Shown here in pieces: positions 26,688-34,815 of a stretch of 38,856 nt of DNA. This stretch comes from an uncultured Chitinophagaceae bacterium. Lineage in GTDB: Bacteria > Bacteroidota > Bacteroidia > Chitinophagales > LD1. Made by a program: the position numbers and the translations under genes. The notes beneath the pieces are model-generated. The model worked only from the letters and a program-made list of their open reading frames with translations. It was not told where the DNA came from and searched no databases. Numbering within the stretch: position 1 is the stretch's first letter; each line of letters begins with the position of its first letter. Location of the stretch: contig CAZUHX010000003.1 of NCBI GenBank assembly GCA_964620795.1, positions 1-38,856 of the forward strand, given 5' to 3'.

Positions 26688-27377
26688 TTAGTGGTTTGCC
26701 TGTGAAGTAAGCCGGATTACAGTGGCGTCGGGATAAAATTGTTTCCAGCTTGTCAATGAGGTTTCAGCCGTGATTTTTTCGGCAAATGGTCCGCAAAGCA
26801 GTTCCATTCTTCCGTCATGCAAAGGTCTCACAAACCATCGGTAGCCTTGTTGTTGGGAGGACTGATTAAAGTCCTCCAAAAGACATTCCGGATTCGCAGT
26901 AAACAATCTGATCATCCAGCCTTCAGCCTTTGTTTCAGGTAATAGTTCATAAAGAGGGAGTCTCTCAGGCGCTGTGCCTGAAATGGCAGAGGAACTGTCT
27001 GTAGTTAAGCTGTCAGTCGTTCCTGTATACCAGATCTGCACAGCTGCAATTCCGGGCCCGATGAGTCCGATGTCTTGAGCTGCAGCATAGGAAACATCAA
27101 CTACACGGCCCTTGCTGAAAGGCCCGCGGTCATTTACTCTTAGCTGAACCTGCTTTCCGTTTTTGGGGTTAACGACCCAAATCCTGCTGCCAAAAGGTAA
27201 ACTGCGGTGAGCTGCCGTATAAGCTCTGGGATCATAGCGTTCGCCGCTTGCAGTTTTTCTCCCTCTGAATTTATCATGATAATAGGAGGCCAGTCCACTC
27301 TCTCGCAAGGTGTCCTGGGCTTTTACTTTCAGTATGCACAGGAATAGGATTCCCAAAAAACACAAACGTATCACCAT
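26688..27377 (-). CDS. rlpA: septal-ring lytic transglycosylase RlpA family protein (DPBB plus SPOR-like C-terminus)
   Basis: GLASYYHDKFRGRKTASGERYDP...TAAHRSLPFGSRIWVVN...LRVNDRGPF is the RlpA double-psi beta-barrel signature. Confidence 0.85.
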   Translation of the reverse strand: MVIRLCFLGILFLCILKVKAQDTLRESGLASYYHDKFRGRKTASGERYDPRAYTAAHRSLPFGSRIWVVNPKNGKQVQLRVNDRGPFSKGRVVDVSYAAAQDIGLIGPGIAAVQIWYTGTTDSLTTDSSSAISGTAPERLPLYELLPETKAEGWMIRLFTANPECLLEDFNQSSQQQGYRWFVRPLHDGRMELLCGPFAEKITAETSLTSWKQFYPDATVIRLTSQANH

Positions 27378-27754
27378 GGTTTGAGCAGATCAGAGGCATT
27401 GTAAGTATGCGCACGTTTTTTAAAGGCTGTTTTGCCCGTTAAGCGATCTTGCATTTTCTTTCGACTGCTCAGATTTCTCAAAACTGCCAGAGGAACGAGA
27501 AAACCAAAGTAAACAATGGTTAGAATAATTTTGCTGTTCACCGATCCAATGGCATGACCCAGACCGAACCACAGTTTTTCGAAATAGGATGCAAATGTAA
27601 GACTGAGCATTCCGGGTATAAACAGAGCGAGCGCCAGTGATAGAAGATAAGGTGCTGCAGGCTTTTCATTTCTGAAAAACCAAAGGGCAAGCGCAAGGAA
27701 GATCGCAGAAACAATGGCCACTGTTTTTCGCGGCTGTATTTTGCGTTTGATCAT
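27371..27754 (-). CDS. SxtJ-like small membrane protein
   Basis: ATG at 27754 gives MIKRKIQPRKTVAIVSAIFLALALWFF..., 127 aa with three or four helices. The 161-aa ORF in the track (start 27856) has an implausible N-terminus that overlaps the better small ORF upstream. The family assignment is from recall. Confidence 0.6.
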   Translation of the reverse strand: MIKRKIQPRKTVAIVSAIFLALALWFFRNEKPAAPYLLSLALALFIPGMLSLTFASYFEKLWFGLGHAIGSVNSKIILTIVYFGFLVPLAVLRNLSSRKKMQDRLTGKTAFKKRAHTYNASDLLKPW

Positions 27755-27906
27755 TAGAATAAGGTGTAAACAAAAGGAGCTACGGCAGAAGTTCCTGAGA
27801 AATAAACCAGCATGCCAACGAGCATCAGCACGATGACCATCGGAATCAGCCACCATTTCTTGCGTTCCATCAGGAACTGTCTAAACTCCTTTAAGAATTC
27901 AATCAT
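27754..27906 (-). CDS. DUF5989/SxtK-like 50-aa single-pass membrane protein (absent from the ORF track)
   Basis: Manual translation: MIEFLKEFRQFLMERKKWWLIPMVIVLMLVGMLVYFSGTSAVAPFVYTLF. The ending APF[IV]YTLF and the KKWWL-TM layout match my recollection of DUF5989. Its stop overlaps the next start (TAATG). Confidence 0.65.
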   Translation of the reverse strand: MIEFLKEFRQFLMERKKWWLIPMVIVLMLVGMLVYFSGTSAVAPFVYTLF

Positions 27907-27989
27907 AGAGGAAAACTAAAAAATATTATTTAAAATGACAAACCCATTGATATTACAAAAATAAATATCTACAAAACAAATATATTTAA

Positions 27990-29537
27990 TTAGTCAGTAA
28001 CAATTTCTTCGTCAAAAGCGTCATAAAAACGATACTCGGTTATTGCAATATTTTCATCTGGTACGATCTGAATCCATTTCTTATGTGCAAAAAACCAATT
28101 CATGCGCATGCTGGGAAAACCACGACGCAGGTAGGCCTCAACCAGAGGGTTTACAAATAGGCGAAGGCTTGAGTGGGTTTTGCTGAGTTGAGCTACCAAT
28201 TGATTGATCTCGTCGAAAACCAGCATAGCCGAGCTGATGGTGCCGGTTCCGCTGCAGGTGGGGCAAGCCTCCTGAGTGTTAATTTTTACTTCCGGCTTTA
28301 CTCTCTCCCGGGTAATCTGCATAAGATTGAATTTTGAAAGAGGAAGTATGGTGTGTATTGCGGTATCGCGATCCATCTCTTCTTTCATTTTCAGCTGAAG
28401 TGTTTTTCGGTTTTCAGCATCTTTCATATCAATGAAATCAATGACAATGATTCCGCCCAGGTCTCGGAGCCTCAGTTGTCTGCTTATTTCTGTAGCCGCC
28501 TCGAGATTGGTGCGAAGAGCGGTGCTTTCCTGATCTCCGTCCATCATTCTCTGCCCTGAATTCACATCTATCACGTGCATCGCCTCCGTCTTTTCAATGA
28601 TCAGATAAGCGCCTGAAGGGAGGTTGACTGTTTTGCCGAATGCTGCCTTGATTTGCCGCGTGATACCAAAATGATCAAACATGGGTACCGGAGAGCTGTA
28701 ATACTGAACAATTTTCTGTTTGTCGGGAGCGATGCGTTTTACGTATTCTTCCAGCTCAGCAGTGGTTGCCGCGTTATTGCTGAGAATACGGCTGAAGTTG
28801 CCATTGAGCATATCGCGCAGCAGTCCGGAGGTTTTATTGACCTCTCCAAGTATCAATTTAGGAGGATTGGCTGCCTTGAGCGCCCTGTTGAGTTCAGCCC
28901 AGCGGTTTTGGAGATAAAGTAAATCTTCCTGTATAACCGCAGCGCTCTTTCCGTCGGCAACGGTTCTCACAATTACCCCAAAGCCTTCCGGCTTAAGGCT
29001 TTCCACCAGCTGCTTCAGTCGCTTCCTTTCTTCTGCCGATTCAATTTTTTTAGAAACACCCACACTGTCACCGAAAGGGGTAAAAACAAGATATCTTCCG
29101 GCAAGAGTGATTTCGCAGCTCAGCCGCGGACCTTTATTTGAAATAGGTTCTTTAAGTACCTGCACCAGCACAGCTTGTTTAGGCTGAAGCACATCCTTAA
29201 TATTTCCACCCTTCTGAATTTCAGGCTCGGCTGAAAACTTAGACAGACTGCCGTCTGCTGCGGTTTGTGCGGCAATAGCCTGTCTGGTAAACTGATCAAT
29301 AGATTTGAAAAGCGGGTTAAGATCAGTATAATGAAGAAAGGCATCTTTTTCATGGCCAACGTCTACGAAAGCAGCATTGAGGCCGGGCATTACCTTTCTG
29401 ACTCTGCCAAGAAAAATATCGCCTACCCTGAAGGACTGGTTTTTATTCTCCTGATGGAGCTCAACCAGTACTTTATCTTCCAAAAGAGCAATCTCCGAAC
29501 CGCTGGGGTTCGTTTGAATAAACAATTCCTTATTCAC
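27990..29537 (-). CDS. rng: Rne/Rng family ribonuclease (RNase G-like)
   Basis: An S1 domain (GDIFLGRVRKVMPGLNAAFVDVG), the catalytic core (IEKTEAMHVIDVNSG...GIIVIDFIDM) and a Zn-link CPTCSGTG. GTG start. Confidence 0.9.
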   Translation of the reverse strand: MNKELFIQTNPSGSEIALLEDKVLVELHQENKNQSFRVGDIFLGRVRKVMPGLNAAFVDVGHEKDAFLHYTDLNPLFKSIDQFTRQAIAAQTAADGSLSKFSAEPEIQKGGNIKDVLQPKQAVLVQVLKEPISNKGPRLSCEITLAGRYLVFTPFGDSVGVSKKIESAEERKRLKQLVESLKPEGFGVIVRTVADGKSAAVIQEDLLYLQNRWAELNRALKAANPPKLILGEVNKTSGLLRDMLNGNFSRILSNNAATTAELEEYVKRIAPDKQKIVQYYSSPVPMFDHFGITRQIKAAFGKTVNLPSGAYLIIEKTEAMHVIDVNSGQRMMDGDQESTALRTNLEAATEISRQLRLRDLGGIIVIDFIDMKDAENRKTLQLKMKEEMDRDTAIHTILPLSKFNLMQITRERVKPEVKINTQEACPTCSGTGTISSAMLVFDEINQLVAQLSKTHSSLRLFVNPLVEAYLRRGFPSMRMNWFFAHKKWIQIVPDENIAITEYRFYDAFDEEIVTD

Positions 29538-29626
29538 ATGAAAACATTGGGCAGCCTGAGAGGCTGCAGTTCATAATAACGGCATGAGTATAACGAGAAG
29601 ATAGCACGGCTTTGAGGCCGCAGGCA

Positions 29627-29716
29627 TTACTTCTTCTTATGCCTGTTCTTCCTCAGACGTTTCTTGCGCTTATGAGTGGCAATCTTGTGTCTCTTTCTTT
29701 TTTTACCGCAGGGCAT
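29627..29716 (-). CDS. 29-aa ultra-basic peptide, bS22-like (AURKAIP1/COX24-type) candidate ribosomal protein
   Basis: Manual translation: MPCGKKRKRHKIATHKRKKRLRKNRHKKK. Clean ATG and TAA. It starts 1 nt after the stop of the upstream TPR gene. Absent from the ORF track. Confidence 0.6.
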   Translation of the reverse strand: MPCGKKRKRHKIATHKRKKRLRKNRHKKK

Positions 29717-29717
29717 A

Positions 29718-30560
29718 TCAACTTGGTTTTTTATGACTACTTCCACCTGATTTTACCTGGCGGATGTAACTGTCTATAGCTTCTTTCAAATCCCTGGAAT
29801 CGACGTATTTCTTGCTTTGCTCGAAACACTTGATTCCTTTGTCTTTATTTCCGCTGTTGAGGTAAGCCTCACCGAGCATAAACAAAGCCTCGGAATTTTC
29901 AGGCTGCAAAGATACTACTTTTTCCAGTCTTGCAATAGCTTTTCCATATTGGCCCGAAATGATACCGTATTTTCCTAGTAAAAGGTTTGCATCCAGATTG
30001 TTAGAATCCTTTTTGATGACATCAAGCAGAAGCATCACTCCCTGCATAGGCTGATCAAGGCCGTCCATGTAAGTAGCAGCCATTTTGACTTTGGGAAGTC
30101 CTGCAGCAGTGTCTGCAGCAGATGCTTTTTGATAGTAGCCCATGGCCTCCTTGGCTACAAACTGCCTGATACTCTTGTCTTTAATGAAAGACAGAAGATC
30201 ATAAAAGCCGTCTCCTGCAGCGATGAGCAGCGAGTCGGAACCGGATTTTGCAGCAGCTTTTCCTCTGAACAGGGCCGCAGCCAGGGGCTGTGAAAGAGAA
30301 TCATAAAGTGAAGCTGCGAGTAGATATTCACCACTTTTTTCGGCCTGCTCAATGAGATTGAGCGTGTCGTTTTTGCCCAGACTCATTCTGAGCTCCGTTA
30401 AATAAGAATCCTCGGTCAATTCCGGAACCTCATTGGTAGTGAGAGGCATTTCCTCGGGACTTCTTTCAGATTTGGTAGTTCTTGCAAACAGATAAACAGC
30501 CAGCAAAGCAATGCCGGTAATCATTATGAGTCCGGTTCTACGGACAGACGAATTATTCAT
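29718..30560 (-). CDS. membrane-anchored tetratricopeptide-repeat protein
   Basis: An N-terminal TM helix (GLIMITGIALLAVYLFA), then TPR-like helical repeats (for example ALFMLGEAYLNSGNKDKGIKCFEQSKKY). Confidence 0.72.
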   Translation of the reverse strand: MNNSSVRRTGLIMITGIALLAVYLFARTTKSERSPEEMPLTTNEVPELTEDSYLTELRMSLGKNDTLNLIEQAEKSGEYLLAASLYDSLSQPLAAALFRGKAAAKSGSDSLLIAAGDGFYDLLSFIKDKSIRQFVAKEAMGYYQKASAADTAAGLPKVKMAATYMDGLDQPMQGVMLLLDVIKKDSNNLDANLLLGKYGIISGQYGKAIARLEKVVSLQPENSEALFMLGEAYLNSGNKDKGIKCFEQSKKYVDSRDLKEAIDSYIRQVKSGGSSHKKPS

Positions 30561-30615
30561 GGTTTAACCTCTAAGGCGCGAAAGTACAACAATTCAGACC
30601 TTAAAGGAGTTCAGC

Positions 30616-30903
30616 TCAACTCTGTTTTCCTTTTCTTACAGCATCTGTGAAGACTTTAGCCGGTTTGAACGCAGGCACAAAGTGCTCCGGAATCTCAACC
30701 GTTTGTCCCTTTTTGATGTTTCTACCCAGCTTTCTCGCTCTTTTCTTGACTATAAAACTCCCGAAGCCCCGGATGTAAACATTATCTCCATTTTTCAAAG
30801 AAGATTTGATCTCTCTGAAAAACGCTTCAAGAGAGACCAAAACATCCACTTTTTGTACGCCTGTCATTTCACTGATTTTGGTTACGATGTCTGCCTTGCG
30901 CAT
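30616..30903 (-). CDS. HU/IHF family DNA-binding protein
   Basis: 95 aa. V.IRGFGSF.VKKRA.R.GRN..G..V.IPE...P.FKP is the HU-fold arm signature. Confidence 0.9.
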   Translation of the reverse strand: MRKADIVTKISEMTGVQKVDVLVSLEAFFREIKSSLKNGDNVYIRGFGSFIVKKRARKLGRNIKKGQTVEIPEHFVPAFKPAKVFTDAVRKGKQS

Positions 30904-31039
30904 AAGCTTTGATGATGGTGTGTATTAATTAAACTTGTGATTTGTTCGTAAAATACAACTTTACGCGATGCGAAGAACATTTATCCGAAAAATTTTGTTG
31001 CTTTAATTCTCAAAATCAGAAAAGTGAGTGTTAACACTT

Positions 31040-32083
31040 ATGTTTGAAGAAAATCTGGCTTTTATGGCTTGGTTTCGCGACAATCGCCGTGACCTTCCTT
31101 GGAAAAACACAGCTGATCCTTACAAAATTTGGCTATCAGAAATCATATTGCAACAGACCCGGGTTGAACAGGGGCTCCCTTATTATCTGGCATTTGAAAA
31201 GGCTTTTCCCACGGTGCAGGAATTAGCCCGTGCTTCGGAAGATGAGGTTCTGCATCTCTGGCAGGGCTTGGGATACTACAGCCGGGCCAGAAATCTCCAT
31301 CACACAGCTCGTCAGATTTGTTCTGATTACGGTGGCCGTTTTCCGGAATCAGTTGAAGGTTTGCTCAAATTGAAAGGTGTAGGGCCTTATACAGCAGCTG
31401 CCATTGGCTCATTTGCCTATGGTCTGGCATTGCCGGCCATTGATGGGAATGCCATCCGTGTAATAAGCAGGATCTTTGGAATTTCTGAATCTCCTTACCG
31501 CCCTGAAGGGGCGGCAAAAATCAAGGAGTATGCCGAAATGTTACTTTGGCCGGATGATCCGGGCGGCTTTAATCAGGCCATCATGGATCTTGGTTCTGCC
31601 ATTTGCAGGCCGCGGAATCCTGCCTGCAACCAATGTCCTTGGCAAAGCTCCTGCCGGGCTTTTAAACTCGGTAAACCAGAAGATTTCCCTTCCCCCAAGC
31701 CCAAAATAAACCGATCAGAACGCTGGTTTCATTTTGTGCTTCCTCTATACGGCGACTTTTGCTTCATCGAAAAAAGACCGAATACGGATATTTGGGCAGG
31801 GCTTTATCAATTCCCATTAATGGAATGCGTAAATCGCACAAAATCATCAGTGGCAGGCTTTCCCGGATTTGAAAACGGATTTGTTAAAGAGATTGAGCTG
31901 CCATGGGAAAAGCACCTGCTTACCCATCGTGATATCTGGCACTGCCTGACGGTTGTTCGATTGAATTCTTACCCTTCGCCTATTCCTGAAAGCTGGATTA
32001 GAATAAAATCCACAGAATTACATAACTTCGCCTTCCCGAAAGTTGTTACAACATATATTGAAAAGTTAAGGCTAGGTTTTTAG
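31040..32083 (+). CDS. mutY: A/G-specific adenine DNA glycosylase
   Basis: PWKNTADPYKIWLSEIILQQTRV, the HhH-GPD motif LKGVGPYTAAAI, the 4Fe-4S loop CRPRNPACNQCPWQSSC and a C-terminal NUDIX-like domain. ATG 31040 is preferred over GTG 31028. Confidence 0.92.
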   Translation: MFEENLAFMAWFRDNRRDLPWKNTADPYKIWLSEIILQQTRVEQGLPYYLAFEKAFPTVQELARASEDEVLHLWQGLGYYSRARNLHHTARQICSDYGGRFPESVEGLLKLKGVGPYTAAAIGSFAYGLALPAIDGNAIRVISRIFGISESPYRPEGAAKIKEYAEMLLWPDDPGGFNQAIMDLGSAICRPRNPACNQCPWQSSCRAFKLGKPEDFPSPKPKINRSERWFHFVLPLYGDFCFIEKRPNTDIWAGLYQFPLMECVNRTKSSVAGFPGFENGFVKEIELPWEKHLLTHRDIWHCLTVVRLNSYPSPIPESWIRIKSTELHNFAFPKVVTTYIEKLRLGF

Positions 32084-32113
32084 ATCGTTTTTTTGAATCC
32101 CCACATATAAACC

Positions 32114-32557
32114 ATGGTTAACAAAGTAATCCTTGTAGGAAGATTGGGCAAAGACCCTTTCATGAAGTCGTTTTCTAACGACAGTCTCATTGCAGAATTC
32201 AATCTGGTCACTAACGAAAGTTATCGCGACCGTGAAGGAAATCTCATGGAGCAGACGGAATGGCATAACATTAAAGTTCCTTCAAGAAGGCAAGCCGAGC
32301 TGGTAGAAAAGTTCCTCCGCAAAGGCAGTCTTATTTACCTTGAGGGCAAACTTCGGACCCGTTCGTGGGAAGACCGTGAAGGTATAAAACGCTATACTAC
32401 TGAAATTGTGGTCGAAAACTTCCGTATGCTCGAGCCACGTCGTGACCAGCCTCAGACTGCAGATCAGGAAGGAGCCGCATTTTCACGCTTTCAGCGCAGT
32501 ACAGCACCGAAATTCGATGAGCCGGATTTCAATAACTTTGAAGAAGAGCAGCGCTAA
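32114..32557 (+). CDS. ssb: single-stranded DNA-binding protein
   Basis: OB fold MVNKVILVGRLGKDP...TEWHNI...KGSLIYLEGKLRTRSWEDREG..RYTTEIVV. The acidic tail ends FEEEQR rather than the canonical D-D-[IL]-P-F. Confidence 0.9.
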   Translation: MVNKVILVGRLGKDPFMKSFSNDSLIAEFNLVTNESYRDREGNLMEQTEWHNIKVPSRRQAELVEKFLRKGSLIYLEGKLRTRSWEDREGIKRYTTEIVVENFRMLEPRRDQPQTADQEGAAFSRFQRSTAPKFDEPDFNNFEEEQR

Positions 32558-32587
32558 GCTGCCGATCGCTCACCTAAGCCCACTGAT

Positions 32588-33967
32588 TTGGACCCCGACA
32601 GTTACCGACAATTTCTGATACTGAATGCTAAGGCAGCAAACCAGCTCCTCCCGCAAGCTGAGCTAAGCATGGCCCCTGTTGCCGTAGCCCTTCTGGTTAC
32701 TGTGGTTTTCCTTGCGATCAGCGCAGTCATGTCTGCTTCCGAAGTGGCTTATTTCTCTCTGTCACAGCCTGAGCTCGAAGAGCTTGAAGCAGATGAAAAT
32801 GAGGCCGGAGAAAGGGTTGCACGACTGATGCAAAAACCCAAATATCTGCTCTCTACGATTCTTATATTCAATAATCTGATCAATATCGGAATTGTTGTAA
32901 TCTCTTACTTCATCACCGAGCGCATTCTTCATTTCAGCGACCTGCAGATTGGTCCTTTTTTGCTTAAAGGAAGTAGCAGCGAGTTTATTGTAAATGTGGT
33001 AGTGGTAACGTTTTTTCTGGTGCTTTTTGGCGAGGCTACGCCTAAGGTATACGCCACACATCACAAGAAGAACATAGCAATCCGTTTGTCCGGCTTTTTC
33101 ACTGGACTGGTGCGTCTCTTTGCTCCCATTAACTATGTAATTGTGAATGCCACCGGCATTGTAGAAAAACGGCTGCGCAAGAGAAGTGCAGAGATAGATC
33201 TGGAAGAGATTAATAAAGCAATTGAAATCACTTCGGGTACCAAGGAAGAGAAACAGGATGCCAGCATATTAAAAGGAATTGTGCAGTTCGGTAATCTGAC
33301 TGTAAAACAGGTGATGCGACCCAGAATGGAGATGGCATTTGTAGATCAGGATGCAAGCTTTTCTGAACTAAAAAACAAAATCAGGGATTTTGGATACTCA
33401 CGCTTGCCGGTATGCCATGAAAATCCGGATAACGTAACAGGTGTTTTGTATGTCAAAGATCTTTTGGAACATCTGGATAAGGGAGATCTCTTTCGCTGGC
33501 AAAATCTGGTACGCGAGCCTTTTTTCGTGCCCGAAAACAAAAAGATAGACGACCTGATGCGGGAGATTCAAAAAAATCGCAAGCATATGGCTGTAGTGGT
33601 GGATGAATATGGTGGCACCAGCGGAATCATCACTCTTGAAGATATCATAGAAGAGGTTTTGGGAGATATCAGCGACGAGTTTGATGATCAGGCTGAACTG
33701 GCTTACCGGCAATTGGATGCCAACAACTTTTTGTTTGACGGTAAAACCAATATCAGCGATTTCTGCAGGTTGATGAAATTAAATGCAGACCATTTTGATG
33801 CGTGGAGAGAGGATGCGGAAACACTTGCCGGGCTGTATCTTCAGCAAAGTGGCAGGATGCCTGTTCCAAACGACAGTATTGAACTGGGAGGTTTTTTATT
33901 TACTGTGGTCACTCTCCAGAAAAACCGCATAGACCGCCTTCGAATTAGCAGGCGCGATAGCCTATGA
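32588..33967 (+). CDS. gldE: gliding motility-associated protein GldE (CNNM/DUF21 plus CBS pair plus CorC_HlyC)
   Basis: The domain order is visible from the TM-rich N-terminus, the CBS region (VMRPRMEM...GYSRLPV...VTGVLYVKDLL) and the CorC C-terminus. It lies in the ssb-gldE-gldD arrangement known from Flavobacterium johnsoniae. TTG start at 32588. Confidence 0.82.
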   Translation: MDPDSYRQFLILNAKAANQLLPQAELSMAPVAVALLVTVVFLAISAVMSASEVAYFSLSQPELEELEADENEAGERVARLMQKPKYLLSTILIFNNLINIGIVVISYFITERILHFSDLQIGPFLLKGSSSEFIVNVVVVTFFLVLFGEATPKVYATHHKKNIAIRLSGFFTGLVRLFAPINYVIVNATGIVEKRLRKRSAEIDLEEINKAIEITSGTKEEKQDASILKGIVQFGNLTVKQVMRPRMEMAFVDQDASFSELKNKIRDFGYSRLPVCHENPDNVTGVLYVKDLLEHLDKGDLFRWQNLVREPFFVPENKKIDDLMREIQKNRKHMAVVVDEYGGTSGIITLEDIIEEVLGDISDEFDDQAELAYRQLDANNFLFDGKTNISDFCRLMKLNADHFDAWREDAETLAGLYLQQSGRMPVPNDSIELGGFLFTVVTLQKNRIDRLRISRRDSL

Positions 33968-34557
33968 AACACTTTAAGCTTTTGTTTTTATTTGGTGGGT
34001 TGCTTGCCCTCTCTTCCTGTTCGGAAACAGTCCCCATTCCTAAACAGAAAGCTTATCCCAGACTGTATCTGCCCCAAAAGAATTATATCCGCTTTGCACC
34101 TGAAGGATGTCCTTATTCATTCGACATGCCTGTATATGGCCGGGCTCAGACTGATTCTGTTTATCTCGGCAGACCTCTTGAAGAAGATTGCTGGTATAAT
34201 TTATATTTTGATTCACTGAATGCCACCATTAATCTAACTTATAAAGCCATTGAAGGAGACGTTACTCTGAGCCGTCTTGCGGATGATGCTTACCGGCTTT
34301 CGTTTAAGCACAGTAAAAAAGCCGATTATATAGATGAAACGATCATCCAAAATCAGCAAGGTTTGGGTGGTGTGATTTATGAAGTGGGTGGTAATGCAGC
34401 TTCTTCCGTACAGTTTTTTCTTACCGACAGCAGCAAACATTTTGTGCGTGGAGCATTGTACTTCAACAATGAGCCCAATATAGATTCCATGCGTCCGGTG
34501 ATTGCTTTTGTGAGAAAGGATCTGGATCGGATGATTCAGACTTTCAGAATGCAGTGA
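33964..34557 (+). CDS. gldD: gliding motility lipoprotein GldD
   Basis: Lipobox LALSSC followed by PIPKQKAYPRLYLPQKNY, the typical GldD N-terminus. It overlaps the gldE stop by 4 nt. Confidence 0.8.
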   Translation: MKHFKLLFLFGGLLALSSCSETVPIPKQKAYPRLYLPQKNYIRFAPEGCPYSFDMPVYGRAQTDSVYLGRPLEEDCWYNLYFDSLNATINLTYKAIEGDVTLSRLADDAYRLSFKHSKKADYIDETIIQNQQGLGGVIYEVGGNAASSVQFFLTDSSKHFVRGALYFNNEPNIDSMRPVIAFVRKDLDRMIQTFRMQ

Positions 34558-34614
34558 ATGATTCGTTGTGCAATAAGCCTTGCATTAGTTTTATAAAATT
34601 ATCATGTAATTCCT

Positions 34615-34736
34615 GTGAGGGATGGAAAGGGTGGCGAAGCCAGCCGCGGCAGGGCTGGAAGCACAGCTGTTTAACTCAACAACTTTTATTTGATGCCCTG
34701 CCGCGGCCGAAGCGAAAGCGTAGCCCTGCACAGCCC
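34615..34736 (-). repeat. GC-rich hairpin-forming intergenic repeat, copy C (inverted orientation)
   Basis: GTGAGGGATGGAAAGGGTGG (34615-34634) is the reverse complement of CCACCCTTTCCATCCCTCAC, 1 mismatch to copy A. AGCCCTGCACAGCCC (34722-34736) is the reverse complement of GGGCTGTGCAGGGCT. A 13-bp perfect stem, GCCGCGGCAGGGC (34643-34655) with GCCCTGCCGCGGC (34695-34707), encloses an AT-rich 39-nt loop. Confidence 0.75.
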
Positions 34737-34763
34737 GTGCCCGAAGGGCCACAGCCTGAAAAC

Positions 34764-34792
34764 AAAAAACCGGATACGTTGATCCGGCTTTT
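34764..34792. terminator. bidirectional rho-independent terminator between convergent gldD and the TonB-dependent receptor gene
   Basis: AAAAAA-CCGGAT (34770-34775), loop ACGTTG, ATCCGG (34782-34787), then CTTTT. Read on the minus strand the hairpin is followed by TTTTTTGTTTT, about 29 nt after the receptor stop. Confidence 0.7.
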
Positions 34793-34815
34793 AATATAAT
34801 TGATATCTCTATGTG

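Noticed and set aside
27371-27856. The 161-aa ORF as given in the ORF track.
   Set aside because: Its first 34 codons (MVADSDGHRADARWHAGLFLRNFCRSSF...) overlap, in another frame, a far more protein-like 50-aa membrane peptide. The internal ATG at 27754 gives a coherent membrane protein coupled by TAATG. The short model is therefore preferred.
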